DNA from: Marsupella aquatica
Lineage: Eukaryota > Plantae > Marchantiophyta
DNA length: 64,000 nucleotides
NCBI GenBank assembly: GCA_973895155.1
Contig: OZ316893.1
Span: forward strand, 10,607,660 to 10,671,659
Direction: 5' to 3'
Below, one piece after another: positions 22,694 to 34,700 of this stretch. Position numbers and translations under genes: made by a program. Position 1 is the stretch's first letter. Each line of letters begins with the position of its first letter. Under the pieces are notes generated by a model that searched no databases, was not told the origin of the DNA, and worked only from the letters and a program-made list of their open reading frames with translations.

Positions 22694-25600
22694 ATGGCCG
22701 ACAGCGGTTTAGCATTGGTGTGTGCAAGTATAGGAGGACTTGAAGCCGATGATGATGGAAACCAACGCTATGTGAAGAGCCATGACTGCCTGGGTATTTA
22801 TCCTGAGCTCATTGTCTGCGTCATGTATTCCGTTGTCCATCCAGGAAGGAGTCCTTCGGGGAGTTCTTTGCAGCATCGCACCCAGTCTGCCTTCGTGGTG
22901 TTCTCTGGATTTTATGATGGGGAGATTTAAGGGAAGCCTTTACATGCTTGCCCAATTGCTAGCGTTTTAAAATTTCCCCTGACTGACATTCCTTACTGGA
23001 CATGCTTTGACACCTGGAGCTCCCCTCCGGTATTATAATTGTCTATTGTGTTGGGAGCCGGAGATCCTGCTCTTTGCGTCTGGTGAAAGTCAGTAATTTC
23101 ACCAAAGCGGATCTAAAACGTTTTCCCGGTCCCTTTAGTTCTTTCGACAGTAGGTCTTCTAAGAAGCTTAGTCTGAATTGTTTGAATTGCCGAAGTGAGA
23201 CCACAGATAAGCTGCTTAGAGACCCGAGGCTGTTTGTGAAACAGAAAGTTTAAGAGATTTGCAGCGGTATCTGCGACGAGACCACCCAGAGACCCGAGAT
23301 GTCTTTCTCGAGCTCGGGAAGTGGAATGTAGTCCGGCAAGATTTGGTTCCACTTATCAAGCGCCACAGTGATGACTTCGAAATTGTTCTCAATTGCGGTT
23401 CGTGACATTGCGTGTGACTTGCTTCACTCACCCTTGGTAGATAATGTCATTTTGTATCGGTCAAACGCAAGTCCTGTTTGCCATCGTGGAGGATGGGCAG
23501 AAGTCTGTTTCAGCCTCTTTTCTCGTTGAAGCTCTACTTGTACATACGTTCCAGTCGTCAGCATGAATGGTTACTTGTCAATTTGACTGTTAATATCTGC
23601 CGTATGAAGGGAGATTCATCTCTGTTAAAAAACACTGTTAAAAAACAGAGAATGTTACTTATTCTTCATTATGAGTAATGACGAAATAGTTCACGTCAAT
23701 CGTTTCTGAGTGGGTTTTACAGTGAAGATTCTCGTCTTTCTTACTATGCCGGTGGAACCAACATCCACCAAGTGTCGAAGAAAGTGGAATACTTGCAGCA
23801 ATTGTGGAAGGTGATGCAATTGCAGTCATCGTATCTCATTTGGAGGAACCTCTTCAGAACTTGAAAAGGTGGGTCACGGCGAGTGTGGTACTAATATTTT
23901 TGGTTTCTTTTGTCGTTTTTGTGTTACATTGAATCTCACTGAATTTTGCCTTGGAATTTGCCTTCATTCATGCAGTGGATGCCGTAAGGATGATGATTGG
24001 AAGTTATTCCAGCTCTTCCTTACGCTGTTGCGGAACGTCTTAAGAGTCCCTGACTGTTTACCACAGCACGGCCCATCTTCTCCCCAAATGTCAAACTTGA
24101 GAGACCAGATGCTGGAGCGTTTGTTCAATGAAAGTGCGATAGAGCTGGTGGTGGTCCTGATGCAGCATGTTGCAGGCCATGGAGGGCTTAGACAAGACAA
24201 CCTACTGATACTAGAAATTATCCAGCAGGTTTTCTGGGGTCAGGATGCTGATCAAGTTGCTACGGTTGTCCCCACTGCTGGCAAGGTTTGACTTTGATTG
24301 CTGTCACATTTTAATTGCTAATCCAGTCTGTAAAACGATCGGCCTTTTTGGATTGTTGGATTTTTGCCATCTTGGGTCTTACTTCACCTTCTCTCGATTT
24401 TGAAGTGTGCCGGTAGCGAAGCAGTCTGAGAAGTCGGCTGCAACTCTTCGGGCAGTGTTGCAGTCAGAAAGAGAGCAACTCAAAAGACTCAGGAAAGGAA
24501 ATTCTCCGTTCACCGGAATGTTTGTCCAAGTTGCCCGGGTACTCGTCTGAAAATCCTGCTACCCTTTTCTATGACTATGGGAAAATTTGGCTTCCTTGTA
24601 CCGGCTGACAAATCAATCTAGTACTCACACTGTCTTCTGGAACAGGATGGATCCAAGACAATGTTGACTAGAAACCCACATCAATCGCCTTTGGAGAACC
24701 TTAGAAGAAAGCCTCAAGTGAAGAGAGGTGTCATCAAGCGGATTGTTCAAGATCCATATCCTGTTTTTCAGTCTTCTGATGAGATCTACGTACTTCTCAA
24801 AGACTCTGCAGATCAGTTTCTGGCCGGTGGTTACAATAGTAAGTACTAGTGGTGGTTTCAGCTGTTTCAGGATAGCATGAACTTTTTTACAGCTCCCCTT
24901 TCAGGAATCTGAGTTCGGGAACACTATGAGGCATGTTTGTCTTTTTAAATATAACTTTCCCATTTGACTCGATGGTATTTTGAAGTTTCCTGTATTCTAG
25001 AGGTCGTCGTTGACAGTGCGTTCTATCAGTCTTGATGCAGTCTGTCAAAGAAGACATTCGAAGAGAGCGACAAGGTCTTGAAACTCCTGACTTTGTGGCA
25101 TTCTTTCAAGCTGCACAATTCTTCACTTCCTATCAGTGCTGCACGGCCCAGAGGGATCAGGTAACCCGCGAACGATGAATGTTTAAGTCAATTCTCCAGT
25201 GGCATTGCAATGGTCGTAGAATAAGCCTTCCCTGTCGCCGTATCCTGGATGATAGTCTCGGCGTAAACGGCTGACGCTCAATACCAGCCTTCTATTTGGG
25301 TCCATTCTGAAGGCCTTACATTCCAGGGGTGCGGTCCTAGCAATGTCCAAGGTGTTCGTGTCTGGACTTCAGTAACTAAAAGGAAGGACAACTTGCCAGG
25401 TGTTTGAAGTGTGATTGAACTGGAACAAGTTTAGGGCCTGTCACTGCAGCTTGTGGCTGAATTCCACAACAGCAAGGTCTTTGAATGTGTGAGCTCTTCA
25501 CAATGTCAATTGGCAGATCATGCCACATCTCGAGTATAACTGTCTTTCGAGCTTTGTTTTTGCCTTCGTAGAAATGAAACGTATCCGTTATGAGTGTGAA

Positions 25601-26696
25601 TAAAGTAAACATGGCGAGCATTTATTGAAGTTGCTGTTCTTATGTCTGTGAAGAAGCACCAGGTCAAATCAAATGATGGCTCTCTGGATGGAGCAGAGAA
25701 GAAAGCAGCAGCACGAAAGAATCTTTGTGGCCTGATCGCCTCAACTATGGACGAAGCTATGTTCAAGATGGGTGACTTCAAAATGGCAAAAGTTTGCAGA
25801 TTCTGCAGCGGAAACCAAAGATTGGAAACCCTTGGGACCTGCAGGGGGTGTTATAAAGGACATGGTGAGTAAAGAGTTTGCGCCGCATATGCCTGATAGA
25901 TCGTTCCTAGGTTTTCGGTAGCAGCTGATTTTGTCAAGAGTATCATACTCAGGAAACGAGAAGCCTTCAGTACCCTTCAAAGGTTTTTTTAATTAACCTT
26001 CAAAGTTTGTATCATCCACATTCAATTCGTCTCACCAGAGCATAGAAACCCACTTTCAGAGGATTTCCCTTTTTTGCGTCCATTGTTTCAGGTTATGGAT
26101 AGTCAGGAGCACGAATCCTGTTACTGGTCATGATGAAACTCATTGTGTCCTAATACTACGATTAGTGATTGTAAGGTCATGAGACTACTAAGGAACTTAA
26201 CGTGTGCTGAGGAGGCTTGAAGTTACAGCTAAGGTTGTCTCAATGTTCCTCTTTATGTGATTCTGATGACGGAGCAACTACGCAGATAAAAATACTGGAT
26301 CTTGTCCTTAAAAGGTCGCGCAGTCTTACAAGAGAAGGGCAGCAGGAACGTCGCAAGGCACGCACCCTACTATATAAAATTTTCTACCACCAGGTTAACT
26401 TTGACGTTCTCGACTTCCTGAACTCGCTGATCAGGTCGTTTGACACCTCCAAGCACTCGCTCCTGAACTTTAAGTCTGGTTTGTGATCCAATGCGAGGGC
26501 ACGACCGTCTTGTTGAAGACACTTAGCTCATGGACAGACTTAAGCTTCGAGTCGCATATGAGGTGGAGTTCTTTTCAGAGAAGCAAATTATGAGTTGGTG
26601 CTGACTGATTGCAGTCACTTGGCCGATCTAGTGGAGATCACGCACATCGTCCTCCGCATCCTTGATAGTTTCGCCAAGTCCGGGGAGTCTCTTCGG
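22694..26696 (+). pseudogene. TIMELESS: TIMELESS/TIM1 (Tof1/Swi1 family) homolog, frameshifted and C-terminally truncated
   Basis: Exons about 22694-22793, 23245-23397, 23723-23868, 23976-24285, ~24406/24425-24538, 24646-24838, 25030-25160, 25663-25864, 26286-~26470, 26615-26696. They encode MADSGLALVCASIG..YVKSHDCL, LRDLQRYLRRD..RDVFLELGKWNVVRQDLVPLI, KILVFLTMP, DDWKLFQLFLTLLRN, ARTLLYKIFY and HLADLVEITHIVLR, typical of the Timeless N-terminal domain. Frameshifts near 23771 and 23802 (TGA at 23812) and near 25771. No further exons are recognisable after 26696. Confidence 0.85.
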
Positions 26697-28216
26697 GTAA
26701 GCCACTCTTCAGAGCAATTCTCTAATCTATACTTCTTTTGGCTGTTCTGCATTAAAGTGCCCCTAGATTTATTTTCGTCAGAATTTTCGACAAATTTATC
26801 ATCAGTCCCAAGCGAGTATTGCAGGAATTTTACAGTTGCAAGACACAACTTTAGTTGCAACAGACCTATCAGCAAAGGTTGTGACTGTTTTAGTGCAATT
26901 TTTACAAACACTTTCCAAATACAACCTATCTGCAAACTTGCATAACCACGCATGACTGGCGACTCTTTCTTGACAAAAGCGGCAGAACCAGCGCAAATTA
27001 AAGGAAAGATTTGCATAGAAGCTTTTGGCAACCAAATCGACGTAAAACGTTTTTCAAATGAAGCACCAATGGATGGTCTCATACCACACATTTTTTCGTA
27101 GTCCCTCAAGCCAAAACTTGGTTTCAAATAGCTTTGTTGTTGTTTTAACTTTTATAGAAAAGCCATCTTTTGACTCCTGTCTTGGCTAGCAAACTCGCTG
27201 ACCATCTAGGGTCCTAAAAATACAGTACAAACTTGTACTTGGCTAGCAACCTCGCTGACTCTCTCGATAAATTTATACTATTTCTGTGTCTGGCTAGCAA
27301 TACCCTTTATTGCTGGGAAGCTTCCTATTTGCCCGCCACTTCTAGGTTACTCTTCTCCCTGGAACTCTCCCTCCAGCCTGTCTTTTTCTTAGAGTTCAGT
27401 AAGAAGAAAGGATAAAGGTGAAGGTATATTTATATCATTTAGGTCTTTGAGTACCTTAACAGGTCTCGGTGGTGAATGGAACTGCAAGTAGAGTGAGAGC
27501 TTCACTCCTTGATAGTTATAGGGTAGTTTGTTTGACGGTCAAAAACAAAATAAACTGAATCTCACAAAGGCACTGAAGTTTCTCTATGTAGTGGCTCAAG
27601 ATGTTAGTAATTGACTTTCAGTTCTCTGTTTCTAGTTGTTTGGCGTACTAGAGAATATTTTCAGCATTTTCATCTCTTTGCAGCTAGATACTCTCCTGAT
27701 TGGATATAAAGTTAGCAGTCTTCCTGTCACATTCTATGGAGATGGCTAGAGATATTTGACATGGTTTCAAATTATAGACAAAGGGAATGAAACTAGAATC
27801 AGAACTAAAGAAAAATAAAGAGATTTCCCTTAGTTCTCTTAGTTCCCTTTCAATTGATAGCCAAGGTGAAACTAAATGATCCCTGCTCAAACCTTAAACA
27901 CCCCCTTCCACCCCAAACTTGGGTTTGTTTACTTGTGTTGGGGAAAAGGGAGGGAAACCCCACCCTAAAATTCTAATGTAGCTTACTAAACTTGATATTA
28001 TAAATTCAAAGAGTAAAGTAGATAGGCATCCAAATTTATAAACAAATTAACCCGATGAAATCACACAGTTCACATGATTATGAATGAAACAACCAACTTC
28101 ACAAAAGTTGTAAACATTACTACTGGAGCATATCTAAATGTTCACTGATTTCTGTTTGGGTTCCCTATCCAGGCATTCCAACCAACTACTGATGCTATCT
28201 GGGCGTTAATTTCAAA

Positions 28217-28282
28217 ATAAATATAAATTATAAATATAAATATAAATTATAAATATAAATATAAATTATAAATATAAAATAT
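28217..28282. repeat. AT-rich minisatellite (TAAATA/TAAATTA units)
   Basis: Repeated AAATATAAATTATAAATAT. Confidence 0.85.
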
Positions 28283-28449
28283 AGAATAAATGATCTATAT
28301 AGTTGATCTACATAACAAGCATTGGGGCGGAAACAGGAACATGATTATTCCCCTTTTGTTCCTACTTTATTGGGTCTCTTGCCTTTGGGATAGTCTAGGT
28401 TTGGCGCTTTTGTTATTTGGCCGTGATATACGAACTCAATGATCCACAT

Positions 28450-29160
28450 TAGAAAAGTAGAACAGGAGGATTGTTTTTAAAGAGATTGAAATTATTGGAC
28501 CCACCAAATGTGCTATTTCTAGTGGCACTTACTATATATGCACTGCCAATGAACCCAAAACACCAAACTTGATCCCAAGGGCAGGAGACCCAATAAAGGG
28601 GAGAAAACCTACTCCATTGCCATGGTATCATAAGGGTGATGAGACGGATCATAAAGTGCCTTTGAAGTTGATATTTTGGCATTGCCATCAAAGCCAACCA
28701 TGACATTGGGCCAATTATGACTTGGCCCACTTGCCCAAGTTTGTTGTGGTGGAAGGTTTCACCCAACATCTGCATAGTTTCACAGGTGGTGCAAACCCAT
28801 TGAGGAGCAAGGGCAACTCACACCGGAAACTTAAAGAATGGCCGGAAATGATTCATGTGATTCAAGTTCCGAGTGCAAATGAATATAAAATTGGGCCTTC
28901 CCTGGTTTCCCATTTCAACAATTTATCCAGTTTTGAAATAGAAAGACACCTTGTGCATGTAAGGGGGACCCTGTTTGTAGCTCACTAGCCCAAATACATA
29001 TTCGTATGCACACATATGGCTCCCTTTATCCAGACTTCCTTTGGCCATCTATACTCACCTGTATAGTCTAAATCAAATCTTTGTTGTTACCAAATAATTT
29101 ATGGCATATGGCTTCACTTTACACAGTAGGTCATGAAAGGTAGACTTCCATCATGAATTA
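28450..29160 (-). other. Unidentified decayed coding repeat, copy 2
   Basis: Minus-strand WKSTFHDLLCKVKPYAI, homologous to copy 1 with several synonymous differences. Confidence 0.4.
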
Positions 29161-29787
29161 TAGTATCAATAAGTCATTAATAAGTTAGAACTAAAATTTT
29201 GTATGATCAGTTAACTGTGCGACACTCAAAGTGTGCAAGAAGGACCTGAGCCACGCATCCTAGCTCAAGTATTTACCATAACTGAATGACTGGATGGATT
29301 GCAGTCTCAAAATAATATTGTTCTATTGATCAATATTTCAGGATTGATATTTGTACCCCATTTCAGCAATGCAATGGTGGCAAAAAGAAACGTACAGATC
29401 AATTAGTGTTAAAAAGAACTGAATAGTAATGGCAGCTAGGATCCACTAACATGGTATAAGGGGCATGTTATAATAGTTGAGGGTACTGAATTGGGTGCAG
29501 GGAGTCGGGTTTAAGGACCTGAAATTGTAAGGTAAGACATCATGTTAGTGTAGCCTATTTGTTTGGAACAAATACAAATTTCTTTTATCCAAAATTTAGG
29601 GTGGCTTATATCTCACAAACTTGGGTACAAGACAAGGTGCAATATGGATGTATCTAGATATTGAGCTTCTTGGCCTGTCATGTATGAGCTGATAAAGCTG
29701 TGGACAATGAGTATCTTGACATTGCTTCATGATTTCCAGAAAGCATTGGTCAATTTTTTGTTTGGAAATTGGAGGCTTTGTACCCGG

Positions 29788-30117
29788 GACAAACGATCCA
29801 AAAGAATCAACAGAGCATTTTGCAAAATCAGAATGCACTCGATACAATGAACAGCCTGTCCAAATATGTCCAAATAGCACTGTTTATAATTTTTGTTTGG
29901 AAATGGAAAACTTTATCAGGAGAAAACAATCGAGAAAGAACCAACAGAGCATTTTGCAAAATCAGAAATCAATGCGCTCGATGCAATCAACAGCCTGTCC
30001 AAACAGCACTTGTCAAATTGTAGTTAAATAGGATGACTTTCACCAGGAGAAAACAATCGAGAAAGAACCAACAGATCTTTTTGCAGAATCAGAATACACT
30101 GGATCCACTCAACAGCC
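29788..30117. repeat. About 125-135-bp tandem repeat, 3 copies, the last ending at the SINE TSD
   Basis: AAAGAA.CAACAGA.C.TTTTGCA.AATCAGAA...AACAGCC repeated three times. Confidence 0.85.
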
Positions 30118-30133
30118 AGTATGAGGCTTCGTA

Positions 30134-30450
30134 ACCAGCTTAGGTCAGTTGGCTAGTGGATTAACTTCTAACTGAAAGTCCCAGGTTCAATCCCCCATCC
30201 ACACACAAGGGTGTGGAAGGTATAGGTGTGTGAGTGGGATGGGAGTTCTAGAATTATCTCTTGAGTTCAGCCCCTGGTTGCCCACTTTGTGATCCTTATT
30301 TAATCCTCTCTCCCTCATGGTGTGAGTCCCTGTCAGATCTGTGGGGTCTCACCTTGAAATGGGTTACCTACAAATGAATGTATGTCACTGTTGGGGTGGG
30401 GAGAGTCTACTAAGTGTTCTTCCTCGTTTCTTTTCAAGAAGACAGAAAAA
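30134..30450 (+). mobile_element. tRNA-derived SINE (head resembles tRNA-Arg UCU)
   Basis: A-box-like TAGGTCAGTTGG (30141-30152), CTTCTAA anticodon-like loop (30165-30171), B-box GGTTCAATCC (30184-30193) and an A-rich 3' end. Flanking imperfect TSD AGTATGAGGCTTCGTA (30118-30133) / AGTATGAGATTTCATA (30451-30466), 13/16 identical. Confidence 0.7.
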
Positions 30451-31713
30451 AGTATGAGATTTCATACTTTGAAACTACGGCTGCCACTATAAAAGGAGTC
30501 ACGCCCCTCATCACCCTTATTTGCCTAGGTGAACCATAGACCTACCCGCTAGCATGAAAGGGATGCCCTAATTTAGTGACTGTTTATTTGCCTAGGTGAG
30601 CAGTAGACCCATTGGCCCCTATGAAAGGGCTGCTCTCTAACCAGCCACTGTTTATCCTCCTTCGGGGCCAGACCTTTAACCAGCCACTGTTTATTTGCCT
30701 GGGTGAACAATATACTCCCACACACACCCTTTGACCAGCATTTTTTTGACTATCTTCTTCTTTTGGCCTGTGTGGCAAATGTCAGAAGGAGAAGATCATA
30801 GGAATATTCCTTACATGTGTTTTCTGAGTAATTTCCTGACTGTTAGATCTCTCTAAATTCAAGGATGACCATTAGATTCTGGCAAATGGGGTCTATGACT
30901 GGGTGTGAAACTGGCTAACAGGACCCAACCAGTCTAGCCAATCTAACTGATTTTCACCAAAAGTGGGGAACACTTTTGGGGAGGTGGAATTTGGCAATTT
31001 GCATCTAAATTCGTTTTAGACCCTTAATCTGCAAAAAATTGCATCTAAAAATCATACTCTGAAAAAGTTTTTTTGATGATTTCTTAGAAACATGAACTAT
31101 TTTTAGATGCAAAATGTAGATCTCACTGAAAAACACAGAACTACATTGGATCAACAGATGAGTCCCGATGGTGAACTAATGAGATGACACTAAGATTCAA
31201 AATACCTGAAAATACAATATGCAAGATTCTAAACATAATTGTACTTTATGTGAAATGCAGATGGGTTCAGGCAACGAGTGCTGCAGGCTAACTAGAATAT
31301 TTAATATGAGAGCTTGCGGTTGAATTGAAACTACTTCAGTTTATATTCATTCTTCTTGCTCTGTAACCCTTTATATGAGAACTTGTGGATGGATTGAAAC
31401 TATTTGAATTTTTTTGAAGGACTCTGGGCCCTTTTTTTTTAACCCCCTCAGAGGTAGTCTGGATAAGCCTCATACTCATTTCCAATCTAAACTCCAACAC
31501 ACTGGTCCTGCAAAAAGCACGAATTGAATTGAATCCGTCTTACTGCGACTTTAGAACCTTCTATTCATGACGTGGTAATCTACACTGCAATCATAGTATT
31601 TGGCGGCCCCAAACGTTTCTTTCTTCCCACATGGAGTACCGTCCATTTAAAGTCCAATCTCAAACGAGATGCAAAGGTTGAAAAGACATCCTAATTGGAG
31701 GAAGTGCTGGTAA

Positions 31714-34700
31714 TTAATCACCAAATATTGATCCTGCCTTTCCAGATTTTGAACCCCTGGAAGTCCGTCCACCAAGAGGACCAAACAATGCATCTTCATC
31801 ATCCTCATCATCTCCAAAAAGGAGGGACGCTATGTTTGAACCTGGTTTTTCTGGGGCACGGTCACCAATTTTGTTTTCAACACTTGTAGATTGCGATGGA
31901 AGATGAGTATCAGATGAAGGATTTGATGCTGGTGGTAGTTGAGTATGCACATCCTGAGCAGTCGAAGATGACGCAGTTTCCACAATCCTACCAAGTCCTA
32001 AGCTAATCGGAAGGGTCATATCAGATGAAGACACATTTCCAAGCTGTCCAGTTCTGGGGTACAATGCACTTTGACGGATGGGAGACCTGTGCCCGAAAAG
32101 ATCTTCAGTGTCATCATCGTCATCATCATCAAAAAGAGGAGTGAATGTCCTTGTCGTTGACCGTCCAAGCTCTTTCACTGGTAAAGGCAGACTGGTACTT
32201 GAGACCTTGCTCAAATCTTCTGAAATTACTCTATTTCCAAAGTCACGTGCAGATGACGACGGAAAGACACTCACAACACCAACTGTTTCACTTGTTGAAG
32301 GCTGGAGAGTCTCAGGAAGAGTGAAAGCACCAGAAGACATGTTTTGCAATATTTCACGTTGACCAGTGCCTGCAAGAATTTATAATTATTGTTATCTTCA
32401 AATCCCCAGTTGTAAAACACGAATAGCCCAGTCAAATCTTAGTAACTTTAGTCCCTGCACTACGAGTTACTAGGATGAATGACTGCACACTATGAGATAT
32501 GATTTACCAAAGCCACGGTGGACGTAGCTGACTCTTGATGACTTAGACAGCAGATATTCGGAAATTCGTAAGTAGCTGCGGGGGAGAGATGTAGCATCTT
32601 TGCCACGTACCATGCAAGTCACTTGAAGAACTAGCAGAATCGGTAGGATCACTTGAATCGCTTGATTCTGCATCTGATAGTCCAGCTGCTTTTGACAGCA
32701 ATAAAGGGTTTTCAGCCGGCTTGACGAAGATCTTTACCGGTGCTGTTTCTGTTGATGAAAACGACCTATTTGACATGAGAGTAACACGCGTGAGCATAAT
32801 AGATATGCTGCTAGGACAAGGTAAAGACATCAGTCATGGCTCGACACAAATGTTCTGGAGGACTTATTACCACGTGAATAGCTCAAGCCAAACAGTCTGT
32901 TGTCTTAAGTGAGAACAAACCTTGATATTGCAGGAGGCAAGCCAGCCGGTGGCACCTCAGGAGCTGTTTGAGAACTGCTAACTTGATCTTCCCCCTCACC
33001 ATGAGTTGTATTTTCTGTAGATGAAAGGGTCTCGGGTAGGCGCTCAGTGTCAGGGGTGATGGATTCAGGCATCACATCAAGAATTCCTCCAGCTATTATA
33101 CTCTGAAATTCCCTTGCTCCACTGTCATCATTGCGGGGTACCTTCATTGATGTGTCCTGTTGAATAGGCTGGTCAGAAAGAGTCTTCGTCTGAACCACCT
33201 CTTCAAGCCCGCTCTCAGAACTGGACCACGTATCATCATCAGATTCAACAATGAACGGTATAGATGATCTGACAGCTGCAGCATCAGTAGGCTGGACGGA
33301 AAGCTGCATGTTATCCTTTCCATGACTTGGAATGTTATTCTTTCCATGACTTTGGTTGTTGAACATAGTTTCTTGAGAACCACTGGGTGTCACAAGATCC
33401 ACATGTGTACTTTCAGAATTACTTTGACTAATAGTACTATCAACGGGCTGATTTAGCAAGTCCAACGCCCCATGTCCTGATTGACCTTCTTGACTAGACC
33501 CAGCTTCATCTGAACTCTGGGTTTCCCTGTCACGCTCAATATCATCGAAGAGTCCCTTGCTGCTCTGAGAGGCCCACGGCCTCACGACAGCGTGGCTGCC
33601 AACCCTAGGTGCTGGTGCTCCAAAACGATCACCGGGATCCTCATCCTCGTCGTCCTCATCATCATCAAAGAGACCTCCACGAATTGGTAATAGACCAGTC
33701 AGCTGGGAGCCAAGAATCACATTTGAGCCACTTGAAATGCTCGAGCTCACATGCTTAGTTGCGGTTTCCAAGTTCCTTGATTCATTCATCTCAGGAGTTA
33801 ATAACACACTTTCCGAGTTCAGACTGGGGGACTTGGGGACCACATCAAGAGAAGGTAGCGGGAGTGGTTGAATTTGAGGAGCGCTCAATAATGAATTGGA
33901 ACTTTGGGATTTGGTTCTTTTATGCTGAATTGGGTCTAAATACGGCTGCTCCTCAAACAGGCCTTCAGGGATTGTAGGCCCTGCATTACTGTTAGGTGGA
34001 ACAGAAACCTCTTTAGTCATAAATCCGGTGTCCTGCTCCTCAAACAGTCCTTCAGGGATTGTAGGCCCTGTATTACTGTTGGGTACAACAGAATCCTGTT
34101 TAGTCATAAACCCGGTGTCTTGAGCTTCATCATTAAATACTCCTGCCGGGATAATTGGGACATGACCCAGATCGCGAGTTCCCACCTGCCTGTTGACATT
34201 GTTACTATCCATATATAGCTTAAACTCGTGATTCAACATAGCTTGTGTTAATGAACCCGACGGTTGTTTCAAAAGCTCGTCCACTGCCCTGGAAGGTGTT
34301 GGATCCTCCTGCGACAAACACATATCACGAAAACGAGGACACATTAGAAATTAATATCCAACAAACTTTATTCGCACTACTGACGGATTTTCAAGAGCCT
34401 CTGTGGAACAGTGATAACCATTTACGTTTTATGGAGACACGCATACACAACTCGTTGACCAAAACGTTTTATGGAAAACGAAAGAGACGAAAACATAAAG
34501 CACTCAAAAGACCATCTAGTTTCAATCGACAACGAGATTAGACCTGAGTTCTAAGTTGCTGTCGGGTAGAAGGTGATCTAGTAGACAGCAATTTCTCTTC
34601 ACCTAATTTCTTATCGTCTCTTTGGGGTATGATGAAAATGAGAAGACATCTGGCTGCATAGCTACGTAGTAAAAGGAGCAGGACCATCTATTTGAATAGT

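Noticed and set aside
30134-30200. Functional tRNA-Arg gene
   Set aside because: The acceptor and anticodon stems do not pair, and it is followed by a SINE-like body, tail and TSD.
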